Source: Promethearchaeota archaeon
Lineage (GTDB): Archaea; Asgardarchaeota; Lokiarchaeia; Sigyniarchaeales; SOKP01
Reading direction: 5' to 3'
Length of the DNA stretch: 64,000 nucleotides
Assembly (NCBI GenBank): GCA_011364925.1
Contig: RDOA01000011.1
Location: 1-64,000, forward strand
In this document: piece after piece, positions 38,861 to 49,588 of the stretch
How the letters are laid out: the number at the start of each line of letters is the position of its first letter
Numbering within the stretch: position 1 is the stretch's first letter
Position numbers and translations under genes: made by a program
Notes under the pieces: model-generated
Told to the model about the DNA's origin: nothing
Database searches by the model: none
What the model saw: only the letters and a program-made list of their open reading frames with translations

Positions 38861-40399
38861 TTATTCAGAATCTTTACTTTGAAGCGTCTCAATAAAAGTT
38901 TTATGAAAATTCTTTTCATTTAGGATTGTATATAACTCATTCGATAAATTAAATACTTTATTATAAAAATTCTGCCGATTTGCGTCAGGAATCCATTTTT
39001 TATCTATCTTACATATGTTTTCAGCAGCAGAAACAACATCTGAAAACAAACCTGCACCAGCAGCGGCTAAAATTGCAGCACCTAAAGAAGTGGCTTCCTC
39101 AATCACATTTCTGACACATGTCATTCCTAAAACATCGGAATAGATTTGATTCCATAAATCTGATCGCGACCCTCCTCCAGTAAGTTTTAATTCTTTTGGA
39201 TCAAGTCCTAATTCTCTAAAAATTTCTATGTTTTTCTTCACTTCAAATGCGACACCCTCTAAAATCGATCGGATAATATCTCTTCTTTTATGACCCAAAG
39301 ATAATCCGTAGATCAAACCTCTCGCATATGGGTTCCAATATGGTGCTCCCGCTCCAACTAAATGAGGAATCGATAGTAGCATGTTAGCGCCCATAGGTGA
39401 CTTCTCAGCTTCCTCTGTCATTATTTCATAAGGATCTACATTTTGTTCAGTGGCAGATCTGCATTCTTCATTTCCTAATTCATCCCTAAACCATCTTAGA
39501 AAAGCACCAGTCGTGAAGATACTTGCCTCTTGAACCCAAGCACCAGGAATTGCGTGGCAACTGCATAAAACTCGTTTACTAGGGTCAAAATTCGGTTTTT
39601 CTAAATAAGCTAACATGAAACTTCCAGTTCCAGTAGTCAACTTTACATTTCCGGGTGAGACAACTCCTACTCCCAATGCCGCCGATTGCTGGTCTCCTGC
39701 TCCTGAAACAACCATAGTTTTTTTATCAAATAGAATTTCATCATTATTAATTTCCCCTATTTCTACTCCACTTTCAATCGCTTCTGGCATCTTATCAAGA
39801 TCTAGTTCTAATTCTGAAGCAATGTCTTCCGAATATTTGAAATTGTTAATGTCGAATAACATAGTTCTTGAGGCATTAGAATGGTCGGTGTAATATTTCC
39901 CAGTTAGCTTATAAATAATAAAATCTGCTACCAAAAGGAATTTATATGCTTTTTGATAAATTTCTGGTTTTTTGTCTTTAAACCAAAGAATTTTTGTTGC
40001 CGAAAAATACGGATCTATCGTTAACCCTGTAGTTCGATATATTTTGTCAATGCCAACTTTTTTTTTTATAAATTCGACTTGATCGGTTGTACGTCGGTCC
40101 TGCCAAACTATTGCGTTATGCAATGGATTACCGTCCTTATCTACGGGTACAATAGTTTCTCTTTGGTTAGTTACAGATAAACTTACTATTTGTGATTTAT
40201 CAATTCCACTCTTTTTTAGCGCACCCTCAGTGGTTTTTTTAATGGACTCCCACCAAGAATTCGCATTCTGCTCTACAAAAGAAGGAGATGGATAATAACT
40301 TTCCCACTCTTGATAATCACTTGATATAATCGAGCCAGCTAAATCAAAAATATAAGTCCTACAACCAGTAGTTCCAAGGTCAAGTGCGGCTATAAACAT
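38861..40399 (-). CDS. FGGY carbohydrate kinase (xylulokinase/glycerol kinase-like)
   Basis: DLGTTGCR, TNQRET, WQDRRT, ASRTMLF, GDQQ, GAGAPYWNP, GGGSRS. Confidence 0.92.
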   Translation of the reverse strand: MFIAALDLGTTGCRTYIFDLAGSIISSDYQEWESYYPSPSFVEQNANSWWESIKKTTEGALKKSGIDKSQIVSLSVTNQRETIVPVDKDGNPLHNAIVWQDRRTTDQVEFIKKKVGIDKIYRTTGLTIDPYFSATKILWFKDKKPEIYQKAYKFLLVADFIIYKLTGKYYTDHSNASRTMLFDINNFKYSEDIASELELDLDKMPEAIESGVEIGEINNDEILFDKKTMVVSGAGDQQSAALGVGVVSPGNVKLTTGTGSFMLAYLEKPNFDPSKRVLCSCHAIPGAWVQEASIFTTGAFLRWFRDELGNEECRSATEQNVDPYEIMTEEAEKSPMGANMLLSIPHLVGAGAPYWNPYARGLIYGLSLGHKRRDIIRSILEGVAFEVKKNIEIFRELGLDPKELKLTGGGSRSDLWNQIYSDVLGMTCVRNVIEEATSLGAAILAAAGAGLFSDVVSAAENICKIDKKWIPDANRQNFYNKVFNLSNELYTILNEKNFHKTFIETLQSKDSE

Positions 40400-40512
40400 A
40401 ACTAGTTTTCCTCATTAGATTTTTAATTTGAGTGATAAGATATAGATCAGACCATATATATAAAAATAATAGTACTTCTTTATGAAGAATTTTATTTCAT
40501 AGAATTTAGCTT

Positions 40513-41202
40513 TTAGTGTAATTTCTTCTTGTATCCACAGTATGGACATATAAAACTGGCTAATCCCACATTGAAGCCTTTAATCTCTGTAATCAGCTTA
40601 TTACAGTTTGGACACCTAGGTGAATAATCAGGAAACCATTGTCCTTTGATATTTGGCATCTCTTTAAGCATATTATAGAATTTTAGTTTATCTAGATTCT
40701 TTTTATTAAATTTTAATATGTGTTCTTCGTCAGCAATTGATTTTCCTTTAGGGGTTAATACCATCAAAAATTTCATTTTTTTAGGGTTGTTTAACAAGGA
40801 AAGTGTCCGTAATATTGCTCCTTCTTTATATTGCTCAAACAATTTAGCTAATTCTGGAGGGGCTAATGCTACTAATATTGCATGAGTGTCTTTTGCTTCA
40901 AGTTTGACCTTTTGTATAAGGAATTGGAAAATTCTTCTTTCCTGATCCATTCCCCAGATAAAATTCCATGGTTTAATATCATAATCTTCCTCATTAGGCC
41001 CAACAACTCTTTTAATACACTCAACTCGTGAATAATGTTTAAATTTATACATATTAGAGAGTAAATCATCAAAAAAACTAGGTTCAATCACAGGATAAGA
41101 TTTAATTATATCTTTGAGCGATAGCAACTTAACTTCGGTTAATACTTGTGTGTTAAGAGTATCCCACGGGGTAAAAGTGAAAATAGAAAAAAAATTACTC
41201 AC
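40513..41202 (-). CDS. Hypothetical protein with C-terminal Zn ribbon
   Basis: CPNC…CPYCG at the C-terminus. Confidence 0.7.
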   Translation of the reverse strand: MSNFFSIFTFTPWDTLNTQVLTEVKLLSLKDIIKSYPVIEPSFFDDLLSNMYKFKHYSRVECIKRVVGPNEEDYDIKPWNFIWGMDQERRIFQFLIQKVKLEAKDTHAILVALAPPELAKLFEQYKEGAILRTLSLLNNPKKMKFLMVLTPKGKSIADEEHILKFNKKNLDKLKFYNMLKEMPNIKGQWFPDYSPRCPNCNKLITEIKGFNVGLASFICPYCGYKKKLH

Positions 41203-41315
41203 GATTCATCATTTTTTTATTAGTATTTACGATAAGATAATGGTTTAAAATATAAAAATAAGATTTAAGAAATATTGCTCTTAATTTTTAATTAAAAACT
41301 AAAAGAGCCTGTTAG

Positions 41316-42467
41316 ATGAATGGAATTTGGGACATAAAAGCTGATGCTATAAAGAAAGGAGATAAACTCAGAGATGTATCATCTCTTACTGATAAGACCG
41401 TAACAGATGAAGACGGTTTTACACATTACTTCTTCAGTAAAACTAATTTTTATAATCGCTGGTACACTATACCGGAAGAGGATTTCAAACTTTTCGAAAA
41501 CTTTATTGAAGGGGGATCTAGGGCTTATCCTTCTGATGGTAGTATTCCATGCGATATCGTAGCGAGAGAAGCAAGAAAAGTCCTCGAGAAAATCGTACTC
41601 TGTTCAGAAAATCCCAATCACCATTACTGTGAGGATGCCCGTGAAGTATTGAAAAATGGTAAATTTTCGTCTGTCAGAGGAACTTTAAAACTATATTTGG
41701 GTAAATATACAACCCGAGATTGGAGAAGAAAAAGATTTACAGACGATATCGATTTTTGGATGTTTCAAACCAATCTTTTAGATTCTTCATTAAAAGAATG
41801 TAGTTTTATAAAAAACAAAGAAACAGGAGAATGGGAAAAAAATATAGAATGGAAGAAGTTCGAAACTAATGAAACTAAACATGAAACTCTATTTGCTGCT
41901 AATAACCTTAATCAGCTGTTGGATTTCGGAGCAGGTAGTTATCTTGAAGGCTCAAGTTTAAAGGAAATCTTTGATAAAAAAATAAAAAGAGGACACGATG
42001 TAGATTTAAGCGATATTATAAATGTTGCTATGGTAAACAATGGCATAGATGGAGTTCACAAAAATGAGTGGTTAGATGCATGGAATTCTTTTGAACAGGC
42101 AGCAAATACACGAAATACGCGGACTACTTCCAATCTAATAAGTATTTGCAGATTCTCTTTTGCTATTGCTGATCATCTCGAAAAGGTTGGAGAAACCATT
42201 AAAAAATATAAAAATCTAATTTTAGATTCATCAAAATATTCAGACGAGAAGATTAAATCACTTTGTAACGTTTCTATTCATTGGGAGGAATATTACAATA
42301 CTCATAGTGTAGATGATACAAGAAAAATGATATATGATTTTTACGAAGAACAAGTAAGAGAAAAGCCGATACACGCACAAAACCTGAGAATTTTCGCGAA
42401 TAAGATACTTAAATTATTGAATTCTAAATATAGTTATCTTAAAATAATGTTTGAGATTGAAAATTAA
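41316..42467 (+). CDS. Putative nucleotidyltransferase (Pol-beta superfamily; AbiEii/DUF1814-like motifs)
   Basis: VRGTL…RFTDDIDFW and KKIKRGHDVDLSDI motifs. Confidence 0.55.
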   Translation: MNGIWDIKADAIKKGDKLRDVSSLTDKTVTDEDGFTHYFFSKTNFYNRWYTIPEEDFKLFENFIEGGSRAYPSDGSIPCDIVAREARKVLEKIVLCSENPNHHYCEDAREVLKNGKFSSVRGTLKLYLGKYTTRDWRRKRFTDDIDFWMFQTNLLDSSLKECSFIKNKETGEWEKNIEWKKFETNETKHETLFAANNLNQLLDFGAGSYLEGSSLKEIFDKKIKRGHDVDLSDIINVAMVNNGIDGVHKNEWLDAWNSFEQAANTRNTRTTSNLISICRFSFAIADHLEKVGETIKKYKNLILDSSKYSDEKIKSLCNVSIHWEEYYNTHSVDDTRKMIYDFYEEQVREKPIHAQNLRIFANKILKLLNSKYSYLKIMFEIEN

Positions 42468-42519
42468 TTTTAGATTTATAAAATAAAAATTTAATAATTC
42501 GTGTTCTAATCTTTCAAAC

Positions 42520-42816
42520 ATGACTCAATTTAAGATTGTTGTTAAAAAAAGGTGCTTTTTTTGTGATAAGCTGTTGTCTTGGCTCCAAGATAAAGATGTC
42601 GATTATATTGTATTAGATTACCAAGACCCTAAAGATTTCAATGATCCTTTAATGAAAAATCCAACATTTAATAGCCTATACTGCGATATGAGTGCATGTG
42701 TAGAAAGTTTACCCCTCGTAGTAAAAAATGATAATGAGTTCTTTTACAGCGAAATCTGGGATTTAGTAAATAATACGATTATAGAAGAAAAAGCTAAGGA
42801 AATATTTGAGATTTAA
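42520..42816 (+). CDS. Glutaredoxin-like protein
   Basis: CFFC..LLSWL, VDY, SLP (cis-Pro-like), extra CxxxxC. Confidence 0.7.
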   Translation: MTQFKIVVKKRCFFCDKLLSWLQDKDVDYIVLDYQDPKDFNDPLMKNPTFNSLYCDMSACVESLPLVVKNDNEFFYSEIWDLVNNTIIEEKAKEIFEI

Positions 42817-42890
42817 AATCTTCGTGAAACTGAACTTTCACGATCATTATAGAATACAATAGTAAGATTTTGAGAAGGAAGCTAATAATA

Positions 42891-44111
42891 TTAATCAGTA
42901 GATTTTTGATTACTTACAAATCTATCTTTCGTGATTCTGTGCAGTAAAAGAAAGCCAATTACAGCAATAAGAGAAAGAATACCCGCAAAATACCAAATCC
43001 ACCGTCCGCCAAGAGTATCACCAATTAATCCTGCAATCAATACTGCAAAAAGATTGGGAATCGCCCAATGAAAGCCAAAAACAGCCATATAGCGGCCTCT
43101 TTTATCTTCTGGAGCAAAAGTTCCTGCTACAGACATTGCTAATGGCATTTCAATCATTTCTCCTATAGTTATTATTATCATAGCGATGAAGAACAGATAG
43201 ACTTCGGAAATAAAGCCATACATTCCAAAACCGACTATATAAAAAAATACACCAAGAGCTATAACCTTCATTGGGGCATATTTTGACATTTTTTTTGTAA
43301 TCCAAAATTGAAATACTACTACCATTAAAGCGTTCGTGCTCAATAAATAACCGAACATGTCTAATGGAAATCCATGATATTTAAAAAGAAATAGAGACAA
43401 GGTACTATTCAATTGCATATAAACAATAACTGTTATTGCAGATATAGCTAGAAATAAAATATATTGCCAATCTTTTAATACTTCTTTATATCCTTTAATA
43501 GTTTTAATGAGAGAATCATTATGGCCTCCTATTTCTAATTCTGGCTTTGTCTCAGGGATTATTGTATAAACAATAACAGCTGTGATGAGACTGCCAATAG
43601 CGTCAATAATAAATAAAAGTAAAAAGGATCGGGTAGCAATTATACCACCCAGTATTGGACCTGCAACTGCAGAAAGATTAACAGCTACTCGAAGTATACC
43701 AAAACCTTCAGCTTGTTTTTCTTTTCCTAATAAATCTGTTACCATTGCCTGTCTTGCAGGTCCCCCAACATCACCCAACATACCTAAAATGGCTCCAACT
43801 ATATAAAACAAGATAATATTATCTAAAAATCCTAAAATAATACTCCCCATTGCACTGGAAATCAATCCAAATAAGAGCATCAAACGACGACCATACTTAT
43901 CAGCAAAGGCTCCTCCCATCGCTGAACCAACTAAGGAACCAGCAGAAAACATTGTAAACATCAAACCGACTTCAGTCCATGTTATCCCAAAACGATGATA
44001 AACATATATAGAAAAATAGGGGAAGAGGATAAATCCACCCAACCTATCAATAAATGTGGCAAGTACCAAAATTTTAAATGGTTTGGGATATTGGAAGTAT
44101 TTTTTAAACAT
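42891..44111 (-). CDS. MFS transporter
   Basis: 12 TM helices, GAFADKYGRR motif A. Confidence 0.92.
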   Translation of the reverse strand: MFKKYFQYPKPFKILVLATFIDRLGGFILFPYFSIYVYHRFGITWTEVGLMFTMFSAGSLVGSAMGGAFADKYGRRLMLLFGLISSAMGSIILGFLDNIILFYIVGAILGMLGDVGGPARQAMVTDLLGKEKQAEGFGILRVAVNLSAVAGPILGGIIATRSFLLLFIIDAIGSLITAVIVYTIIPETKPELEIGGHNDSLIKTIKGYKEVLKDWQYILFLAISAITVIVYMQLNSTLSLFLFKYHGFPLDMFGYLLSTNALMVVVFQFWITKKMSKYAPMKVIALGVFFYIVGFGMYGFISEVYLFFIAMIIITIGEMIEMPLAMSVAGTFAPEDKRGRYMAVFGFHWAIPNLFAVLIAGLIGDTLGGRWIWYFAGILSLIAVIGFLLLHRITKDRFVSNQKSTD

Positions 44112-44305
44112 TATCCGATCAGATTTGGAAGGGTTTGATTTGCTAGTATAAAGAATTATGATTAATATACATTCTTATAATGAAATTTTTTTGAATTAAG
44201 TGAAACAAAAAAATTAAGAATTCTTTTATAGTGAATTCTAATTATATTTTTTAATGGAAATATGATTATACTTATACAGTTTAAGTAGTATAAAGAGGAT
44301 TGAAA

Positions 44306-45550
44306 ATGTTTGATTATATAATCTCTGATGAAGCTAAAAAAATAAAAGAAGAAGTACGAGCGTTTGTAAGAGACGAAGTACCTCACTCTTTAATTAAAAA
44401 GATGGATAAAGAAGAAATTAATTACCCAACAGAGTATTTACAGAAACTTGGAGAAAATAATCTTATAGGTTTAAGGTTCCCTAAAGAATATGGTGGTCGA
44501 GGTTTAAATTGGGAATGTGAAGTTGTCGCTCTTGAAGAAGTAGGAGTATTAGGAAGTTCGTTACCGTGCTTATATTCACTTCCTATAATTACAGGAGAAG
44601 CTATGAATATGTTTGGGTCTCAGGAACAAAAATTAAAGTACTTAAAACCGATGTGTGAAGGTAAAAAATATACTGCAGAAGCATTAACAGAACCAAGAGG
44701 AGGATCAGACTTTTTTGGTGCAACTTGTACGGCAATCAAAGATGGTGACTATTACATTTTAAACGGAGAGAAGCGCTTTGTGGTCGGTGCTGAGGGTGCG
44801 GATTTCTTCTTAGTTTATGCTAAAACTGATTTAAATCCAAAAGCGGATCCGCGTTCCTCGCTTAGTTTATTTATTGTTGATCGAAATAAAGGCGTCGAGA
44901 CAGAATATATATACGGACTTTTAGGGACTAGAGGTGGTGGTGCAGGCAGATTAAAATTTAAGGAGGTCCAAGTCCCTAAAGAAAATATTATACTAGGAGA
45001 AGGAAAAGGAGGTTTAATTTTTTATCAAATGATGGTTCCTGAACGCCTTACGACTGCATCTGGTTCATTAGGATCAGCTAGGACATGTTTACATATTGCT
45101 ACCAAATATTCAACTAAAAGGAAAGCTTTTGGACAAACGATTAATAACTTCGAAGCTGTGAATTTTAAAATAGCTGACAGTATAACGCTTTTAGATGCTG
45201 CTAGATCGATTGTTCTAAACACAGCAAGGACTATTGATGCTGGGGCGCCAGCGGCTTTACAAAGAAGATTAGTCTCTGAATCAAAGAAATTTTCCACTAA
45301 AGCTTGTTGGAAAATAATTAATTATGCCATGCAAGTAATGGGGGGAATTGGATATACAACAGTTTACCCCATTGAAAGAATACTTCGTGATTCAAGAATT
45401 GGGGAAATTTGGACTGGAACTTCCGAAATAATGAATTTAATTATTCAACACGAGTATTATAAGGAAATATTAAGTGAAAAATGGTTGGATCGGGACGTAG
45501 AGCAGGACGCTCTCGAAAGCGATGCAGAAGAAGAGAAACATTATGGTTAA
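44306..45550 (+). CDS. Acyl-CoA dehydrogenase
   Basis: [38 protein letters not shown]. Confidence 0.93.
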   Translation: MFDYIISDEAKKIKEEVRAFVRDEVPHSLIKKMDKEEINYPTEYLQKLGENNLIGLRFPKEYGGRGLNWECEVVALEEVGVLGSSLPCLYSLPIITGEAMNMFGSQEQKLKYLKPMCEGKKYTAEALTEPRGGSDFFGATCTAIKDGDYYILNGEKRFVVGAEGADFFLVYAKTDLNPKADPRSSLSLFIVDRNKGVETEYIYGLLGTRGGGAGRLKFKEVQVPKENIILGEGKGGLIFYQMMVPERLTTASGSLGSARTCLHIATKYSTKRKAFGQTINNFEAVNFKIADSITLLDAARSIVLNTARTIDAGAPAALQRRLVSESKKFSTKACWKIINYAMQVMGGIGYTTVYPIERILRDSRIGEIWTGTSEIMNLIIQHEYYKEILSEKWLDRDVEQDALESDAEEEKHYG

Positions 45551-45727
45551 TTAATAAATTAGATATTAGTGCATTTAATTTCTTTATATTTTTTTTAACA
45601 GTATCGTTAGAGACTATTTTTCTGTATTTCTCTCTTATGATAATTTTATTTTGCTCTATTGGTTAAATATGTAATTACGAAAGCTTTTTTTCATTGAACC
45701 ATTTTATAAGGACATAATATATATGAA

Positions 45728-45733
45728 GGGAGA
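45728..45733 (+). promoter_or_regulatory. Shine-Dalgarno-like GGGAGA upstream of a putative ATA start
   Basis: 6 nt spacing to ATA at 45740. Confidence 0.5.
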
Positions 45734-45739
45734 TATTGC

Positions 45740-46960
45740 ATAGAAAAAGATCTAATAACCACATTAAATCTTTCAGCTGTAACTTTTCTGGTATTACTTG
45801 GATTAAGCATTGTAGCCCCAATTTTGCCATATTATGCTGAAACTTTTAATGTAAATTATACACTAGTTGGACTTGTGGTTTCTGCATTTGGGATAGCCCG
45901 TATGTTCATCGATTTGCCCGCAGGTTTAATGGGTCAAAAATATAACAAAAAAATCCTAATGCTCTTGGGACTAACACTTGTATCTATATCCTCAATCTTA
46001 GCAGGAATAGCTCAAAATTACTGGATTTTGTTAGTAGCTCGAGTCATAGAAGGCTTCGGTTCTGCAATTTATGTAACTATTGCTACTATTTTTATTGCGT
46101 TGGTTGCAAAACCAGAACGAAGAGGTTTTCTTATGGGTATTTACTCTGGCTTTTTATTATTAGGTAGCATTTTTGGACCAAGTTTTGGTGGTATTATTGC
46201 TAATATTTATGGAATCAATGCCCCTTTTTTTGCTTATGCCATAGTATCCGCTATAGGGATAATTCCCACTCTTACTCTGCCGAGTATAAAGAATTCGGAA
46301 AACGAAAACACCGTTAGGCTAAGAAAACTTTATAGTGAAGCTTGGTCGATTTTGAAAAAGCCAAATTTCCTTTTCGTACTCCCTTCAATCTTTTGCTTTT
46401 TTTTTATACGAACAGGAGTACGAAACACTCTTGTACCACTTTTTTCACTAAATGATCTTAGCTTAAACGAAATTGATATTGGAATATTATTGACATTAGC
46501 AGCTATAGCAACTACTATTACAATGCTACCTGTAGGCATTATTTCGGACAAAATAGGACGTAGAACTCCTCTATTGATATCTCTTATCTGTTCTGCTTTT
46601 GTAACTCTATGGATACCTTTTACATTAAATTTGGTTTATATATCATCCGTAATGTTTGCTTATGGAGCGATGATCGGATTATCTGGTCCGATTTCAGCAT
46701 ATATGACAGATATTGCACCTAAAAACAAGCTTGAGATTTATATGGGTATGTATCGTACGATAGGAGATATAGGTTTTGTACTTGGTCCGTTATTAATGGG
46801 ATCCGTTGCAGATCTTACAAATATTACTGTATTAAGAGGAGGTTCTCTGATCACATTGATAGGCTGGCCCCCTTTTGCTGTAGCGGCTTCTATAATGGTA
46901 TTATCGGGACTAATTCTCTTTAAAGCCCCTGATCCGAGACCTAATGGTATTATATCATAG
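45740..46960 (+). CDS. MFS transporter (DHA1/TetA-like)
   Basis: ISDKIGRR motif. TM1 (IEKDLITTLNLSAVTFLVLLGLSIVAPILPYY) lies upstream of the first TTG at 45824. Confidence 0.9.
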   Translation: MEKDLITTLNLSAVTFLVLLGLSIVAPILPYYAETFNVNYTLVGLVVSAFGIARMFIDLPAGLMGQKYNKKILMLLGLTLVSISSILAGIAQNYWILLVARVIEGFGSAIYVTIATIFIALVAKPERRGFLMGIYSGFLLLGSIFGPSFGGIIANIYGINAPFFAYAIVSAIGIIPTLTLPSIKNSENENTVRLRKLYSEAWSILKKPNFLFVLPSIFCFFFIRTGVRNTLVPLFSLNDLSLNEIDIGILLTLAAIATTITMLPVGIISDKIGRRTPLLISLICSAFVTLWIPFTLNLVYISSVMFAYGAMIGLSGPISAYMTDIAPKNKLEIYMGMYRTIGDIGFVLGPLLMGSVADLTNITVLRGGSLITLIGWPPFAVAASIMVLSGLILFKAPDPRPNGIIS

Positions 46961-46970
46961 TCTTATGCTT

Positions 46971-48119
46971 TCATTTTTGTTTAGATAGATATCTTATTTT
47001 TACAAGTAAATCTCGTATTTCCATTTTGTCATTTTCAGATGTAATATATTTCTTTTTTATTCCCTCTAATAACGGGATAGCCTTAACTTTATTACCTTGT
47101 AGAGATACCATATGTCCAAATTTCTCTTCAAGAACTAATTTCATAGCAGCTAAACCAAAACGTAATCCAAGAATTCTGTCAAATGAATTTGGAGTTCCTG
47201 CTCGCATAGTATGCCCTAAAACAACACTTCTACACTCAAATTCTACATCATTCTTCTTAAACTCATTCATTAAATCGTCTCTTAAATTTAATTCGTCAAC
47301 AATAATCTGAGAGATATTTAATTTAGCTAATAATGGGTTTCCAAATGAATCTTTAGGTAATTTATCAATTACTTCTTTTGATATAGTTTTGAAGTCTCGT
47401 TCTAATGATTTTAAATTAGGATAAGCGCCCTCAGAGGTTGCAATGATATGATAAGTATATCCAGAATCAACTCTTTTCTTTAAAACATCTACAATGTCCA
47501 TTTCAAAATCAAAAGGAGTTTCAGGAATTAATATAATATCTGCACCAGCAGAAATTCCGCTATACATTGTTAAAAAACCCGCATCTCTTCCCATTATTTC
47601 TACTACAAACACTCTTTGGTGAGAACGTGCGGTTGTTGTTAAATTATCTAACGCATTGGAAGCTAATTGTACTGCGCTCCAAAAACCAAACGTATAATGA
47701 GTACCAGCTAAATCATTATCTATAGTCTTTGGACATCCAACAATTTTAGCTTTAGCATATTTAAACATAGAATTAGCGATTCCAAGTGTGTCATCCCCTC
47801 CGATCGCTATTAAAGCATCAATGCCCAAATTTTTAAAATTCATTGTCAATTCCTTAGCTTTCTCCTCAACTGAACTAACTCCTTTAAAAGGATTTGTCCG
47901 ACTAGTATATAATAAAGTGCCTCCTACAGTGTGAAGATCGTCATGCTCAGCAATGTTTAGAGGAATTGTTTTATTTTCAATAAACCCTTTCCATCCTTTT
48001 AATATTCCTACGCATTCTACCCCTGCATCAAATGCTTTCAACATTATTCCATATATTACAGAATTCAAACCTGGGCAATCTCCACCTCCTGTGAGGATTC
48101 CAACTTTTTTAACTGTCAA
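46971..48119 (-). CDS. pfp: 6-phosphofructokinase, probably PPi-dependent
   Basis: TGGGDCPGLN, GGDD and PKTIDND (PPi-type residues), MGR. Confidence 0.9.
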   Translation of the reverse strand: MTVKKVGILTGGGDCPGLNSVIYGIMLKAFDAGVECVGILKGWKGFIENKTIPLNIAEHDDLHTVGGTLLYTSRTNPFKGVSSVEEKAKELTMNFKNLGIDALIAIGGDDTLGIANSMFKYAKAKIVGCPKTIDNDLAGTHYTFGFWSAVQLASNALDNLTTTARSHQRVFVVEIMGRDAGFLTMYSGISAGADIILIPETPFDFEMDIVDVLKKRVDSGYTYHIIATSEGAYPNLKSLERDFKTISKEVIDKLPKDSFGNPLLAKLNISQIIVDELNLRDDLMNEFKKNDVEFECRSVVLGHTMRAGTPNSFDRILGLRFGLAAMKLVLEEKFGHMVSLQGNKVKAIPLLEGIKKKYITSENDKMEIRDLLVKIRYLSKQK

Positions 48120-48195
48120 TTATTTCATACCTTCCTTAATTTTAATTTTAAAAAAAATATATAATTAGAAATTATGAATTATTCACTTATTATTT

Positions 48196-48765
48196 TTAAT
48201 TCACTTCATCATTTTCAAATTTTTGGAATGAATATTTTGATTTGTCTTCCGGTAAGATATAACTTCCTCCCCCTAAATCAGTTAATATTAGCGTGAATTC
48301 GAATTCTCCTTTTAAAGCTTTGCGCAGATTTCTTAAAATCTTATCAAGTTCATCTATTTCAGCGTCATCATTTTCGAGATTTTTGCGATAAATTGAAACT
48401 GCATTTTCAAATCTAAATAATACGCCTTCAATATTAGTATAATAAAAATCTGCGCTAGGACCTGGTTCCACACTTAATTCTAATTCTGGGATTTCCAACC
48501 TACCTATAGGAGATCGATAAATTTTTGATTTTAAATCTTTTTCATTCGATACTTTTAAAGTTATTTTTCCAGGAGCATTATTGGTTGTTAAAGGGATAAT
48601 ATCATTGTTAGAAAATTGACATTTATCACATTCAAACTTAATTAGTAACATTTTATCTCCATCAGAAACATCATAAATCGTTTTAGTCATTTTTATTTTT
48701 CCTATTTTGCATGAAGGACAGATGAAAGAAAAGTCTATTTTATCACTAGTACGTTTTTCTTTCAT
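48196..48765 (-). CDS. ZPR1 zinc-finger protein (single unit)
   Basis: CPSC…CDKC, IPELEL.VEPGP, TNIEG, D..GGSYI. Confidence 0.9.
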   Translation of the reverse strand: MKEKRTSDKIDFSFICPSCKIGKIKMTKTIYDVSDGDKMLLIKFECDKCQFSNNDIIPLTTNNAPGKITLKVSNEKDLKSKIYRSPIGRLEIPELELSVEPGPSADFYYTNIEGVLFRFENAVSIYRKNLENDDAEIDELDKILRNLRKALKGEFEFTLILTDLGGGSYILPEDKSKYSFQKFENDEVN

Positions 48766-49003
48766 TATTATTCACTCACTAAATTATGGATGCAAAGTTC
48801 AAGCTACTATGAAAAATCATTAATTTCAGTGGTCTACTTATAAATTTTATTCAGAAATTTTTAATTTATTGCTAGTTACTTTACCTTAGTAGTTCTATTT
48901 ACGATAATTTTATAAGTTTTCCAAAAAAAAATACTATATTATAATTTTCGGCTATAAATGTAATCATAATTATAAGATCGAATAAGTAAAAGGATGGAAA
49001 AAA

Positions 49004-49588
49004 TTGAAGGATAATGGAATAATAGAAATCACTTTTCATGGTCGAGGAGGTCAAACAGCTATAACCGCCAGTCAACTTCTAGCTCAATTGGCTTATGAAG
49101 AAAGTTTTAAAGACGCAATCGCAATTCCAATTATAGGTGCTGAAAGGAGAGGAGCACCAATTCAAGCATTTACAAAATTGTCTCGAAATAAAATAATAAA
49201 GACTTATGATAGTGTAACTAATCCTAATTATATGCTTATTTTTGATCCCACTCTGTTAGATATTCCTAGGATTCTCGAAACGATAAAAAGCGGAGTTACA
49301 TTATTGATTAACACTAAACATCCGATTGATACATGTGAATTTCCTGAAAACATCAAAATTTTTATTGTTGACGCAACTGGAATCTGTATTAACTTAGGTT
49401 TTATGCACTCAAGTGGTCCCATTTTGAACATTCCAATGTTGGGGGCATTTGGGCAGATAACCAAATTTTATAATCTTGATACTCTTAAAAAAGTAATCTA
49501 TAGCGAATTTGGAGAAGAAAGAGGTAAGAAAAATTTAGAAGTCGCTATAGAAGCATATAATAGTGTTAAGGAGGTTGAACTTATATGA
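49004..49588 (+). CDS. porG: 2-oxoacid (pyruvate/ketoisovalerate):ferredoxin oxidoreductase gamma subunit
   Basis: HGRGGQ, GAERRGAP, N..MLGA. Confidence 0.9.
   Translation: MKDNGIIEITFHGRGGQTAITASQLLAQLAYEESFKDAIAIPIIGAERRGAPIQAFTKLSRNKIIKTYDSVTNPNYMLIFDPTLLDIPRILETIKSGVTLLINTKHPIDTCEFPENIKIFIVDATGICINLGFMHSSGPILNIPMLGAFGQITKFYNLDTLKKVIYSEFGEERGKKNLEVAIEAYNSVKEVELI

Noticed and set aside
45481-45666. 61-aa ORF overlapping the acyl-CoA dehydrogenase 3' end
   Set aside because: Alternate-frame run into a T-rich terminator-like region; the hydrophobicity is a compositional artefact.
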